64,000 bases of DNA from a virus. Position 1 is the first letter of the stretch. Every line of letters starts with the position of its first letter. Shown here piece after piece: positions 37,462 through 47,472 of the stretch. The DNA lies in IMG/VR virus record IMGVR_UViG_3300042691_035156, positions 1 through 64,000 of that record. The stretch is one strand, 5' to 3'. Position numbers and translations under genes: made by a program. The notes beneath the pieces were generated by a model, which saw only the letters and a list, made by a program, of their open reading frames with translations, had not been told where the DNA came from and ran no database searches.

Positions 37462-38475
37462 CTAGTTTCTCCAAAGCCACTCAGGATTTTTCTTTGTCCA
37501 TTCAACAGTGGATTTAAGAGACTGTTCTAGCGGAACGGGAGGAGACCATCCAAGTTCTGCGAGCTTTTTTCCATCAAGGGCATATCTAAGATCGTGACCA
37601 GGTCTAGTCGTATGAAAATCTTCTAAAACATAGTCTAATGGCTTGCCCCAAAATTCTGCTACCATCTTCGCCATGTCAAGATTATTTATTTCCTTTTCTC
37701 CAACAACGTGATATCTGTCTGGTCTGTCTGCTTGCGGATACATTGCAGCCTTTTTATTCTTAGCAATGAACAATAGAGCGTCCGCTTGGTTTCTTGCGTG
37801 CAGATAAAATCTTGAACCTATGTTTGATTCTGTTCCATGAATTGTCATTGGAATATTGTTTTCAAGATGATACATTATCTTTGGAATGAACTTCTCTGGA
37901 TCTTGACGCTCTCCGATAATGTTCATTGTATTTGTGATAATCACTGGAACATTAAAAGTTCTCCAGTATGAAACGCAGACCGCTTCTTGTGCCGCTTTAG
38001 AAGCGGAGTATGGATTTGACGGAATGATTGTGTCCCACTCCACGTGTGCATAGCCAATAGGTGCGGGACCATAAACCTCGTCTGTTGAAACCTGAATAAA
38101 AGTTTCAGGCTGAATCTTTCTAGCAAGCTCCAGCATATTTACGATAAGAGAAACGTTGTTGACCACAAAAGGAGCTGGATCTGTAATTGATCTATCAACA
38201 TGAGAATCTGAAGCCATTGAAATAATGTAATCAACATAACCTATTTCCTTGATCATCACATCAGAGAATGGCACGGTAAGATCATGAGTGATGACCTTTA
38301 CCCTATGCTTCTCCGCTTCCCAACAAGAAATGGATGTTACTCTGTCAGTAACGCCACGATGACGGAAAGAGTCTGTTGCAACAACATCCCAATCGGTTGT
38401 CTTCAGAATGTGCTCAAGGGTATGGTGTCCGACAAAACCGCCAACACCAGTTAGTAATACTTTTTTCTTATTCAT
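37462..38475 (-). CDS. rmlB: dTDP-glucose 4,6-dehydratase-like
   Basis: TGVGGFVG, SHVDRSI, STDEVYG, PYSASKA, RPGHDLRYA. Confidence 0.9.
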   Translation of the reverse strand: MNKKKVLLTGVGGFVGHHTLEHILKTTDWDVVATDSFRHRGVTDRVTSISCWEAEKHRVKVITHDLTVPFSDVMIKEIGYVDYIISMASDSHVDRSITDPAPFVVNNVSLIVNMLELARKIQPETFIQVSTDEVYGPAPIGYAHVEWDTIIPSNPYSASKAAQEAVCVSYWRTFNVPVIITNTMNIIGERQDPEKFIPKIMYHLENNIPMTIHGTESNIGSRFYLHARNQADALLFIAKNKKAAMYPQADRPDRYHVVGEKEINNLDMAKMVAEFWGKPLDYVLEDFHTTRPGHDLRYALDGKKLAELGWSPPVPLEQSLKSTVEWTKKNPEWLWRN

Positions 38476-38480
38476 TTTCC

Positions 38481-38885
38481 TTACCTAATTGGATAGTGTA
38501 TTGATATATAGTCAACAGCTTCTTCAATGCTGTCAACAAACTTTGTAGTCATGTACTTCATGTACGGTCTGTTTTTGTTCTGCTCAGAGCACATAACGAT
38601 AGTTGGCTGGTTATGCATCTTTGCCCAGGCCATCTCAAAATCTGTGCCTATGTATGCTCTGTTCTCTAGCATGTACTCAACTATGAGAATATCTGATTTT
38701 CTCTGCATGAAGAGGTTCTTGTGGGCTATCTCTTCTGGAGTCATTCCTTCTTCTTCTGGAATTGAAGTAGGATCAAATATGCCGTAGCCTCTTTGTGAGA
38801 GCATGAACGTGGCTTCTTTTCTCCAGCCACTTGCATATTCTCCAACGTAATCCATTGCGCCGGATAAAAATACTGAAATACTCAT
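38481..38885 (-). CDS. nucleoside 2-deoxyribosyltransferase-like protein
   Basis: VFLSGAM...WR...SDILIV...GTDFEMAWA. Confidence 0.75.
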   Translation of the reverse strand: MSISVFLSGAMDYVGEYASGWRKEATFMLSQRGYGIFDPTSIPEEEGMTPEEIAHKNLFMQRKSDILIVEYMLENRAYIGTDFEMAWAKMHNQPTIVMCSEQNKNRPYMKYMTTKFVDSIEEAVDYISIHYPIR

Positions 38886-39286
38886 ACTGGCCAATAATAC
38901 TCTAAATTATCTGGCTCGTCAAAATATTGAGAGTAGTATCCAAAATCTTTTCTTAACAAATTGGATCTATGCGATCTATGGAAAAGATCTTGACCAAACC
39001 AAGATGGATAAATAATTGAAGTAGTGTCCACTTCTTCAAAAGACATATTGTTTTTGTATCCTCTAGTTATCCATTCTTGGATAGTGAAGTTCTGATACTG
39101 CTTTAATGCTTCTTCGTAACCAGTCCACATACGAGTGACTGGATGGTTTCTCCAGCCTTTCGTAGGCGTTCTGTCGAGTAATATATTAAGAACTTGAAAT
39201 GTTTCAACACGTTGTTTTCCTAACCGACGATAGTCTAATACTTCTACTGATTTCTTAAAATCAGAGTATGGCAGAAATGTTTGCAT
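38882..39286 (-). CDS. MSMEG_6728 / pyrimidine-dimer DNA glycosylase family protein
   Basis: MQTFLPY...RRLGKQRVE...GWRNHP...SHRSNLLRK. Confidence 0.88.
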   Translation of the reverse strand: MQTFLPYSDFKKSVEVLDYRRLGKQRVETFQVLNILLDRTPTKGWRNHPVTRMWTGYEEALKQYQNFTIQEWITRGYKNNMSFEEVDTTSIIYPSWFGQDLFHRSHRSNLLRKDFGYYSQYFDEPDNLEYYWPV

Positions 39287-39294
39287 GGTATTTA

Positions 39295-40110
39295 TTAATC
39301 TCTTTCTATACCGAAATGGTCACAGGCTTTTCTGAATATCTCTCTACTTATAGGAAAGTACTTATCGGCATGGCTGACACCTTCTCCAGGCTTTGGCGTT
39401 GATGCGTGCCAGCTGTGTCCAATAGATACACTTCCATCATACACCACATTATATCCTAGGTGTCTTGCAAAATACGAGCACCATGTTTCTTCGTAATAAT
39501 GAGGTGTTGGCAAAAAGGCTCCCATCGCATTTGGGGCAATCTTTTTATATTCTGGGTGATTACTCATCGCTTCCCAAACATTTCTTCTGACGAAGTATGC
39601 TGATCCAGATACCGTTACGCATTCGACTCTGTCTTTGTACAGCAGGTCGTACGGGTCGTGCTCTCTCCAGCCTCTATGTTTTGGAGCCGTATTTGTTCCT
39701 ATGATTCCTGCGTGTGTAATGAAGCCTTTTTCATCTCTCTGCTTTGGGCCCAAAATGTGTATATCGGGGTTATTGTCAAATATGTCCTGTATGTTTGCAA
39801 CATCGGTGCTGGTCAACCACACGTCTCCATTTAACAGTGCTACAACATCTCCGTTTGACTTTGAGGCCATGTAATTGCAAGCGTAGGAATAGCCTACGTT
39901 TTCTTTTAGGTAGAGTCTATCTATCAAGTACTTTTCTTGCGTCTGACGAATCCACGGAATAAAGTCGTCAGACGAGTCATTGTCTGTTATATAAAGGTTC
40001 CATTTTTTGTTGAGCGCGCCATTTGGACTATTGACATCAGAATGCAAAGAGTCCAAAAGTCTCTGCAGCTGGGTTCTTGTGTTGTGATTTACAATACAAA
40101 GATCAATCAT
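39295..40110 (-). CDS. glycosyltransferase family 2
   Basis: DNDSSD, NVGYSYACN, LLNGD, VSGSA, YYEET. Confidence 0.88.
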   Translation of the reverse strand: MIDLCIVNHNTRTQLQRLLDSLHSDVNSPNGALNKKWNLYITDNDSSDDFIPWIRQTQEKYLIDRLYLKENVGYSYACNYMASKSNGDVVALLNGDVWLTSTDVANIQDIFDNNPDIHILGPKQRDEKGFITHAGIIGTNTAPKHRGWREHDPYDLLYKDRVECVTVSGSAYFVRRNVWEAMSNHPEYKKIAPNAMGAFLPTPHYYEETWCSYFARHLGYNVVYDGSVSIGHSWHASTPKPGEGVSHADKYFPISREIFRKACDHFGIERD

Positions 40111-40121
40111 TTTTATTTTCC

Positions 40122-40394
40122 TTAAACATAAACTCTTTTAATTATCGTTAGCTCAAACGCATCTCTTGCGGTTAGTCCCATATCAATAAATTCCCAAAAT
40201 TCTTCTTGAGCTATTGACAAATCATTTACACAGAACTCTTCTAATCTATTAAAATATTGATCAACAGTTGGTGGCAAGCTTTTTTTGTTTACGTTTTTCT
40301 TTCTTGAAACCACTACTGTTAATGCCACACAAGACATTAGACCTCCTGCTAGAAATAAAGACTTAAGGGCTTTACCATTCATCGTCTTCACCAC
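40122..40394 (-). CDS. small membrane-anchored protein
   Basis: N-terminal TM. Confidence 0.55.
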   Translation of the reverse strand: MVKTMNGKALKSLFLAGGLMSCVALTVVVSRKKNVNKKSLPPTVDQYFNRLEEFCVNDLSIAQEEFWEFIDMGLTARDAFELTIIKRVYV

Positions 40395-40611
40395 TTACAG
40401 TGCCGTCAAAATATGTTTTTGATATCCAGTCTTGAATGTCTGAAGAAACATTAAGCCAGGATTCCTTTTCTTGCGCATCCTCGCAAGACATTGACATATA
40501 ATAATAGGTTTCTGCTATGTGTTGCAGAACTTCTACTGGTGCAACAAAGATGGCTTCTCCAGAATTTATCTTTACGTTAATTTTTTTCTTTGGATTTGTT
40601 TTCTTACTCAT
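40372..40611 (-). CDS. hypothetical protein
   Basis: Likely start MSKKT. Confidence 0.6.
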   Translation of the reverse strand: MSKKTNPKKKINVKINSGEAIFVAPVEVLQHIAETYYYMSMSCEDAQEKESWLNVSSDIQDWISKTYFDGTVSGEDDEW

Positions 40612-40840
40612 CAGTTTGCTTCTTCTTTTTAATCTCAGCGGACTGAACCTCTTCGTCTGGCACCTGATAAACGCATAGATTATCATTGTCTGGCTCAAAC
40701 GTAACAAAAAGAATCTTCTTATCTTTAAGTGATACTCCTTCTGGAGGAGCAGATTCTAAGGCTATCTTCTTCGATGCACAGCCGTACACCTGACTGATTC
40801 CTTTGTAAACAACTAAATAGTTTAGTTTTCCAGCTGCCAT
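40604..40840 (-). CDS. hypothetical protein
   Basis: ORF. Confidence 0.6.
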   Translation of the reverse strand: MAAGKLNYLVVYKGISQVYGCASKKIALESAPPEGVSLKDKKILFVTFEPDNDNLCVYQVPDEEVQSAEIKKKKQTDE

Positions 40841-41286
40841 TTCTCTACCTTAATTGTTTCCACTCCTGCCTTATGCAGGAAGGCTTCGACATTGATCCAA
40901 TCTTTGTATGATGAGTCTTCAAAGTAAAAGACCTGCTTTACCGTTGAATTAGCTATTAGTTTAGCACACGTAAAGCATGGTGGTCCATTCACGTACATTT
41001 TTAGTGGATGAGAACTATAATCAGAATGAAGGAAGGCGTTCTGCTCAGCGTGAACAGCTATACAGTTGTCGTAATTCGATCCAGAAGGAGAATCCTCTAC
41101 ATATCTTGGGCAGCCACCGTCCTCACAGTGATCAAAACCAGAGGGTCCTCCATTGTATCCTGTTCCCACTACGTGCCCATGGGTATCGATAAGCATAGCG
41201 GAATATTTCTTTTTACCGCACGTAGAAAAGGTGCTAGCATACTGAAAGCACAGGTTCATAAATTGTTTATCTTTTCTTGATAACAA
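40822..41286 (-). CDS. dCMP deaminase
   Basis: TGYNG, HAEQNA, PCFTCAK. Confidence 0.92.
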   Translation of the reverse strand: MLSRKDKQFMNLCFQYASTFSTCGKKKYSAMLIDTHGHVVGTGYNGGPSGFDHCEDGGCPRYVEDSPSGSNYDNCIAVHAEQNAFLHSDYSSHPLKMYVNGPPCFTCAKLIANSTVKQVFYFEDSSYKDWINVEAFLHKAGVETIKVEKWQLEN

Positions 41287-41288
41287 AA

Positions 41289-41453
41289 CTATACCTGTAT
41301 AATAAATCCTAGTATTAGGGCTAAAACAAATGACAATACTATTGCTATTTTTCTGTCTCTTTTGTTTTCTTCAGAGTTTGCCAGAACCTGAACATTAACA
41401 GTCCAATTAAATATTGTTGCGAAAAGAATTGCGAAGATAACGACTTGAATCAT
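41289..41453 (-). CDS. small two-TM membrane protein, 54 aa
   Basis: Manually translated; ATGA overlap with the thyX stop. Confidence 0.55.
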   Translation of the reverse strand: MIQVVIFAILFATIFNWTVNVQVLANSEENKRDRKIAIVLSFVLALILGFIIQV

Positions 41454-42157
41454 GGCACATTAGACCCCATAAGAGCAACTATTGATGCAGGAAACAGTGG
41501 CTGAACTAGTTGGTAAACTGCTCTTGCATACTCTTGAATTTCATACTGGGAGTCTTCAGCGAGTCTCTGGCTAAGGAAGAGAACCACAGACTGCAATGAG
41601 CAAGACCATCTGTATACTACATACATGGAGTATGCCGGCAAAAACAATCTCGCCTGCTCAGCAGCGATGCCGCTTTCCATAGCCATCTTATAGAGCGCCT
41701 CGCCCTGCTCTATGTATCTCTCAAGCTCAGAAGTAAGAGTTGAACCAAGAAATGGATCCGCAAGTCCTTTTGATCCCTGCTTCTTGTCTTCTGGGGCTAG
41801 TCTCCAGCTCTTTGGAGTTGGAAGATGAAATTCAGGCTCCATTGTAATGTATCTTCTTGAGGACTCGTTCCATGAATCCATTGTGTGATCTGATCCGACA
41901 ACATACTTCCAGTGTTGACGAGCAACCATTAATGGTGCGTAAAACTCAAATGTCATAAACGCGTGTCTAAAGGGAGACATATGATTTTCTCTTGCAAGGA
42001 AATCAAGCAACTTTGCGTCACGAGGAGACATTACATCAACCTCTTTTGCAAAAGAAGCTCTTGCTGCATTTACCACTGATAGATCGCTACCCATATGGTC
42101 AACGAGTCTAACATAGCCTTTATCAAGGACACTTACGGTATTATTCTGATTCTCCAT
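41450..42157 (-). CDS. thyX: flavin-dependent thymidylate synthase
   Basis: VNAARASF, HMSPFRH, WNESSRRY, AEQARLFLP. Confidence 0.95.
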   Translation of the reverse strand: MENQNNTVSVLDKGYVRLVDHMGSDLSVVNAARASFAKEVDVMSPRDAKLLDFLARENHMSPFRHAFMTFEFYAPLMVARQHWKYVVGSDHTMDSWNESSRRYITMEPEFHLPTPKSWRLAPEDKKQGSKGLADPFLGSTLTSELERYIEQGEALYKMAMESGIAAEQARLFLPAYSMYVVYRWSCSLQSVVLFLSQRLAEDSQYEIQEYARAVYQLVQPLFPASIVALMGSNVP

Positions 42158-42482
42158 CTTCGTCTTCTTCTTCTAAATCATCTTCTAAAAACATTTCAAC
42201 TTCTATTGTACCATTTATCTCAAGCAGATGCGAAAGAAAGTCCTCGCTTATCTTAAACAATGGTCCAATTAACTCATTTACAGAGTCAGGTATTGTATAC
42301 GCTGCATCTACAAGTAGATAATAAATTATTGAATTAACGCTTAAAAGAGATTCGCCTAAAGACTCCTGAACTTGCAAAAGCTCTTTTAGTAGAGTCTCTT
42401 TATCGAACTCTGGTTCTTTTACTGAGTTTGATTCAATTAATTCATTGAATATTTTATCTATATTCTCTTCTTCACCAGACAT
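42141..42482 (-). CDS. acidic hypothetical protein
   Basis: ORF. Confidence 0.6.
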   Translation of the reverse strand: MSGEEENIDKIFNELIESNSVKEPEFDKETLLKELLQVQESLGESLLSVNSIIYYLLVDAAYTIPDSVNELIGPLFKISEDFLSHLLEINGTIEVEMFLEDDLEEEDEDGESE

Positions 42483-42493
42483 AATTTTCCAAC

Positions 42494-44575
42494 TTATGCG
42501 TTATCTTTTATTAGCTTAATCTCACATGCGTCAGTTGTGCAGTAACTCTCACCAATGGCATCAGCTGCCATACCCGCATACACTCCTGAGAAATCAATTG
42601 GGAACAACTTCATTGTGCCTTCTTTGTATTCTTCTTCGGTAATTTGTGTGTAGGGCATTTGTGGATAAGTGTGATTGCCTTGCGGCAAGAATGACACTGT
42701 TTTTAACTGACCGTCATACATGTGAAGAACCGTTCCTACATGCTCTTTTTCTGTTTCTGAATCAAATGAAACTGTTACAGAAACTGAGTTATCGGACCAG
42801 TATCTTTGAGCTGTAGCTGCTAGAGAAATCTTTTCAAATATTGTTACTTCTTTCTCTGATCTAGAAGCGTCAGACTGAATCGGGAAGAATACAACAGAAG
42901 TTGTATCAGGTGATTCAGATGCGGGCTCGACCCTATAGTGTGCCATCTTAAATAGCGGAAGCATCGGGTCATCGTTGGAGAATCTAATTGCTCTTAGGAA
43001 AAACTTTCCGCCAGGAGTCCAGTGAACTCCAGGTGATTCGCCAGCAAGAATTGACACAGTTCCAGAGGGCTTGATTGTTGTCATCTTAATTGATTCACGA
43101 ACACCAAGCCACTCAGAGTATACGTTGTCATATCTCTGCACAGTCTTATAACCTTCATCCATCCACTCACGAAGCTTCGGCATTCCTTCACGATCAGCAA
43201 AGTTTGCAACACCGGACATTGATGTGCCGATTCTTCTGTTTCTCTGCATGATTGCGTTCGTCTCTTCCCAGTGCGTAGGAAGAAGTGTTACCGTTTTTGC
43301 GTATAGGTAAGCAAACTTAAGTGTGCGCTTGAAGTCCTCAAGGTTTTCGTGACGGTTGAGATAGGTCTCAACCAAAGTGCAGCACTCGTAGCTCTCTAGA
43401 GACTGCTCTGCGCAGGGGTTGTACCCGGCTACTCTCCAGTCTTTATTGTTTGGAGGATCTATCAGTCTACCGTACTTTCTTGACACATCGAGCCATATCA
43501 CCCCAGGTTCACCATTGAGCTGAATGCCTGGAACAATTGGAGAAAGGTCGTGACCAACAGAAGTTTCTACTGAGTTGTTGCTCATCCAAGCCCAGCCAGG
43601 TGATTGCGGGTCATAAGAATTTCTTTCAGGAAAAACATCTGCGTTCTTGAGATTAAGGAAGTCTTGATCATCAATTCTTCCAATAAGAAGCTCCGCTGAT
43701 CTTCTGACATTTCCAGAGACAACGCAAACACCTATTAGGTTGCCTATGTCGGCAATATCCTTTCTGGTTAGCTTTTCACCATTTCTGCCAGTAAACAGCT
43801 TGCGAATTGCATTGTGTAGTTTGATCAGAGGGTCTGGACCAGATGCAGTTCCTCCGAATGTTTTGATGGGAGTCCCAAGAGGCCTAATCTCATCGTAAAC
43901 AAACTCAATAGGAGACTGATCGGGCTTTAGATATGAGTTGATAAGATCAACTGTTGAATCTCTCCAGCCTTCTCTACTGTCCTCAATAGTGACTGTTGTG
44001 GCGTTCTTGGTGGGCTCATATATTGTGAAATCTTTGTCGGCCCCCTTGTCGTCAAAGCCAACGCCGACACCAAGCATTGATGCTTCCATGAGAAAGGCAA
44101 ACGGTTTACCAGGATTATTCTTTGACATTTCGGCAGTGGAAACAAATGCACAGTTCTGAAGAGCCGCAGAATTCTTCTGCACATTGACGATGTTTGTGCC
44201 CATGACCCATAGTCCTCTTCCTGGTGGGGTCCACTTTAAGTTAAACAAACGATCAAAGGCTTCTTTAGCAGAAGCTTGCGCCTTTGCGTCATTCCAGGGA
44301 AGTCTACTCTTTTTGCAGTGTTCTTTCTGAAGAGAGTACATGCCATTGATAATTCTTCTACAAACATCAACCCATGTTTCTTTGGTGCCATCTTCTTTTA
44401 AACGAGAATAGGTTCTAAGAAAAGTAATTTCTCCTACAGAGTTACCGCCTGCATCTCTGTATCCAAATGGAGCTTTTTTGTCCTTATACTGTTCTACGAA
44501 ATCTTCACTAATCTGAAAAGAAAACATGTTGGCGGTCTTGGTTGTTGCAGTAGTGGCTTCTTCCTGGTTGTTCAT
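42494..44575 (-). CDS. nrdJ: class II (AdoCbl-dependent) ribonucleoside-triphosphate reductase
   Basis: PPGRGLW, GNVRRSAE, NPCAEQ, IKPSGTVS, C-terminal CTTDAC. Confidence 0.95.
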   Translation of the reverse strand: MNNQEEATTATTKTANMFSFQISEDFVEQYKDKKAPFGYRDAGGNSVGEITFLRTYSRLKEDGTKETWVDVCRRIINGMYSLQKEHCKKSRLPWNDAKAQASAKEAFDRLFNLKWTPPGRGLWVMGTNIVNVQKNSAALQNCAFVSTAEMSKNNPGKPFAFLMEASMLGVGVGFDDKGADKDFTIYEPTKNATTVTIEDSREGWRDSTVDLINSYLKPDQSPIEFVYDEIRPLGTPIKTFGGTASGPDPLIKLHNAIRKLFTGRNGEKLTRKDIADIGNLIGVCVVSGNVRRSAELLIGRIDDQDFLNLKNADVFPERNSYDPQSPGWAWMSNNSVETSVGHDLSPIVPGIQLNGEPGVIWLDVSRKYGRLIDPPNNKDWRVAGYNPCAEQSLESYECCTLVETYLNRHENLEDFKRTLKFAYLYAKTVTLLPTHWEETNAIMQRNRRIGTSMSGVANFADREGMPKLREWMDEGYKTVQRYDNVYSEWLGVRESIKMTTIKPSGTVSILAGESPGVHWTPGGKFFLRAIRFSNDDPMLPLFKMAHYRVEPASESPDTTSVVFFPIQSDASRSEKEVTIFEKISLAATAQRYWSDNSVSVTVSFDSETEKEHVGTVLHMYDGQLKTVSFLPQGNHTYPQMPYTQITEEEYKEGTMKLFPIDFSGVYAGMAADAIGESYCTTDACEIKLIKDNA

Positions 44576-44588
44576 TTTATTCCTTCTT

Positions 44589-45284
44589 TTACTTAAAGTT
44601 CTTTATGTAGTTTTTGTTTGTCTTGTTTATCTCTGCCGCTTTGATTTTAGCTATCTGTTCAAGCGTATAGATCTTGTGTATTTCTTTTTCAAAAAAGTAT
44701 CCAGTTCTCCAATTGAATACTTTATCAACATGATTTTTATGGTTGGTGAACACATTGCATATTACAGCGCCACCGTATATTTTCACCATGTTTTTGATTT
44801 TTTCTAGAGATTCTTTTTTCTTTTCTTCGTTAGAAAAAGTCTCTTGATCGAATTTGTCATAAAGCCAATTGTATGCCTGTCGTGTTAATGGAGACATGTC
44901 AATCTGCTCAAATATTCCCATTTGCAGTATTTTTTTTCTGTTTCTTTCCACAATTATATCATTCTTGATGACATCTTGAAACAGTGCAAACCAATCTTTT
45001 TCTTTGAATTGAGCCCAGGCGGTCACCCAAAAAAGAAGCTGGTGGTTGTCCTCTGGAATTGTTGCCTTCTCAAGAACTGGTATGAGGCATGCGCACGCAA
45101 CGGCTCTTTTAACCATGTCTTTTGCGGTATCTACATCTGAATGCTTTTTCTTCTGAAGGTTCCACAAACTTGCTATTTTATCTTTCCAGTCTGCTTCTCC
45201 AAGATAGATTGTCAGATATCGTTCGGCTACATCAAAAGATAATGTTCCCTCTGAAACTACAGCTTCCAGAGATTGTATAGACAT
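44589..45284 (-). CDS. hypothetical protein
   Basis: ORF with AGAGG RBS; TGATATAAT at 45391-45399 on the - strand. Confidence 0.7.
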   Translation of the reverse strand: MSIQSLEAVVSEGTLSFDVAERYLTIYLGEADWKDKIASLWNLQKKKHSDVDTAKDMVKRAVACACLIPVLEKATIPEDNHQLLFWVTAWAQFKEKDWFALFQDVIKNDIIVERNRKKILQMGIFEQIDMSPLTRQAYNWLYDKFDQETFSNEEKKKESLEKIKNMVKIYGGAVICNVFTNHKNHVDKVFNWRTGYFFEKEIHKIYTLEQIAKIKAAEINKTNKNYIKNFK

Positions 45285-45490
45285 GATTAATCCTCTTTAC
45301 GTTTGTCTAAAGTTATAAAATTGGGGTGGAAATATTTAATTCCCGACCCATTTTACTGAGTCGGGAATCAAACACTTGGTCATGGTGATGATTATATCAC
45401 ACCACTTCTAGATTAGCTTGTCTGGGATTGGCTTATTATATCTCTTTGACCCAATAAAAATGGTCAGTTGTAAGATTTTTTATGCGTGGA

Positions 45491-46126
45491 TCAGAGAGCC
45501 TTTGAAGAGGGAACGCCTCTCCACTCTTGAACTCTGTTACGTCCATAAGCGTTATCATAAGTTGTTGGAACGCCATAGCCATAACCATCGGTGAATACTT
45601 CACCACTCGGCACGTAGTGTGGCTCGTCTGGTCTAAATACTCCGAACGAGTTTGGTGCGCCCTGAGCTTCGGTTCTTGGACCGTGGCCAACAGAGGTCAT
45701 TACCTGAGCTGCTGTAACACCCTTAAAGCGATACTGTCTTACCTTGTAATCATTTTCTCTTTCTTCGTGACCAAAGGATGATGGGAAGGCCTTTGCGCCA
45801 GAAATTCCCTTGTATTCCATTGGACGGAAACGTGCGCCATCATAGGTTGCTGAACCATCAGGGAACACTCCTGAGAGTGGGTGAACATAAAAAGATGAAC
45901 CAGTAAAGAGCTGGGACATAAATACATCACCAGGGAAATACCCAGTTCCAGGAACATGGTTTCTATCCGGTGCCCCATCGAGAACGTGGCTGGTGCTGTA
46001 GTATGGATAATGAGAGTAGGTGCCAACGCCCTTGGCCTTACCTGTCATTGTAAAATATGGATTGACCATTTCGTTGGAGTTACGCCCCTTCAAAACTGGT
46101 CTTGGACCCTCATAAAAAGTAGCCAT
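45491..46126 (-). CDS. hypothetical, putative late/virion protein
   Basis: AAGGAG RBS; TTACTAT motif at 46158-46164. Confidence 0.7.
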   Translation of the reverse strand: MATFYEGPRPVLKGRNSNEMVNPYFTMTGKAKGVGTYSHYPYYSTSHVLDGAPDRNHVPGTGYFPGDVFMSQLFTGSSFYVHPLSGVFPDGSATYDGARFRPMEYKGISGAKAFPSSFGHEERENDYKVRQYRFKGVTAAQVMTSVGHGPRTEAQGAPNSFGVFRPDEPHYVPSGEVFTDGYGYGVPTTYDNAYGRNRVQEWRGVPSSKAL

Positions 46127-46194
46127 TTTTAAATCTCCTTGTAAAGTATTTGTCTATATAGTAAAATGCTTTTCCAAATTTTAAACCATTCAAA

Positions 46195-47460
46195 TTAGGT
46201 GTTATAATCAGGTTCTATAATTAAATCGGAAAGTATTGGTGGGACCTTGTCGTCAAGCATTCTGAGCGTTACCTCAATGTATACCGTGTTTGACGCTCCT
46301 GGGTTGGCCAAGGTAAATGTGCCCCCATTTTGGTAGAAGACCCTATGGTCAAAGATCTCTGATAAAACGGTTGGGGAAACATTATATATTTTTGGTGAAA
46401 CATTTAAAATTTGATTTATGGTTTTTCCGTCCGGTGCATCAAACTTTACAAAGGTTCTACCAACTGGTAAAAACTTTTCATACCTTACATCCAAGTCCGC
46501 TAGACCATATGTATAGATATATTTATTATTTTCTACAACATAATTTCTCTGCCTTAAATGAATTCTTACTGCCGTAATTTGAGTATCTTCGTAATAAAAA
46601 GATAATGGACCAGAGTTAACAACTGCGTCAGACCCCAAAGTGCTCCACCCACCTGGGGCTACTTTTCCAACGGCATCGTAGTTATCTTCATACAGAGAGT
46701 TCTTGTTCAGCGGAACGTAGCTGTCTGCATCGGTTAAAGTGGGATTTAATCTTGTGGTATATTCAATTTTTACAACATCAACGCCATTAGCTGGATATGG
46801 AGAAAGTGTTATGTAATTTGATATTGTTGATCCAAGACTTGCTGCAGGCACTTTTATATAAAGGTGCATATTAACGCCAAGAGGATTCGGTGAATTTAAT
46901 ATTACGTTTCTTCTCCAAACCTTATCTGGAAGATTGAGAAAAGCGTTTTGAACCGGGCTAGTATCAACTAAAGCACCTACACCATCTCCTCCGGGAAGGG
47001 ATGTATCAACTCTGGTTTCTAAAAAGTCTGGTATTATCTGTCCTTTTACCGGATTAATAAACTTTATCTTTGAGTGAGAAGAGCCAGAAACTACTGGTAG
47101 TTTTATGTGATTGAAAAACTCATCAAACTGAAGAGCTTCTGAAGACGAAACAGCGTATTGAGTTGAGATAAATTCAGAAACATCTACCTGACTTTTGGTG
47201 AATAAAGATAGTTGATTTGTGTTTTGACTCTCAATGCTACGAACTCTATCAAAAAGATCAACTATAGCAGAAGAAATAAAAGTGTTATCTTTTATGATTC
47301 TCTCTATAATTTCTCCCACTTTTTTATCAAGTACGCCATACTTATTATATAGATATAGAAGATCTGCGTAGTTCTGCTCATATCTTTCATTTAAGTCGGT
47401 ACTTGATATTGGACCATGATACTGTTGTGGTTTTTTTTGTGTATAAATAAATTCTGACAT
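46195..47460 (-). CDS. putative virion structural protein
   Basis: GPISS coiled N-terminus shared with neighbours; located in the structural block. Confidence 0.65.
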   Translation of the reverse strand: MSEFIYTQKKPQQYHGPISSTDLNERYEQNYADLLYLYNKYGVLDKKVGEIIERIIKDNTFISSAIVDLFDRVRSIESQNTNQLSLFTKSQVDVSEFISTQYAVSSSEALQFDEFFNHIKLPVVSGSSHSKIKFINPVKGQIIPDFLETRVDTSLPGGDGVGALVDTSPVQNAFLNLPDKVWRRNVILNSPNPLGVNMHLYIKVPAASLGSTISNYITLSPYPANGVDVVKIEYTTRLNPTLTDADSYVPLNKNSLYEDNYDAVGKVAPGGWSTLGSDAVVNSGPLSFYYEDTQITAVRIHLRQRNYVVENNKYIYTYGLADLDVRYEKFLPVGRTFVKFDAPDGKTINQILNVSPKIYNVSPTVLSEIFDHRVFYQNGGTFTLANPGASNTVYIEVTLRMLDDKVPPILSDLIIEPDYNT

Positions 47461-47472
47461 AGTTATCCTATT

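Noticed and set aside
45436-46026. ORFs 45436..45690 and 45739..46026 as a frameshifted gene
   Set aside because: Both overlap the complete 45491..46126 ORF in other frames, and no in-frame CGG junction is needed.
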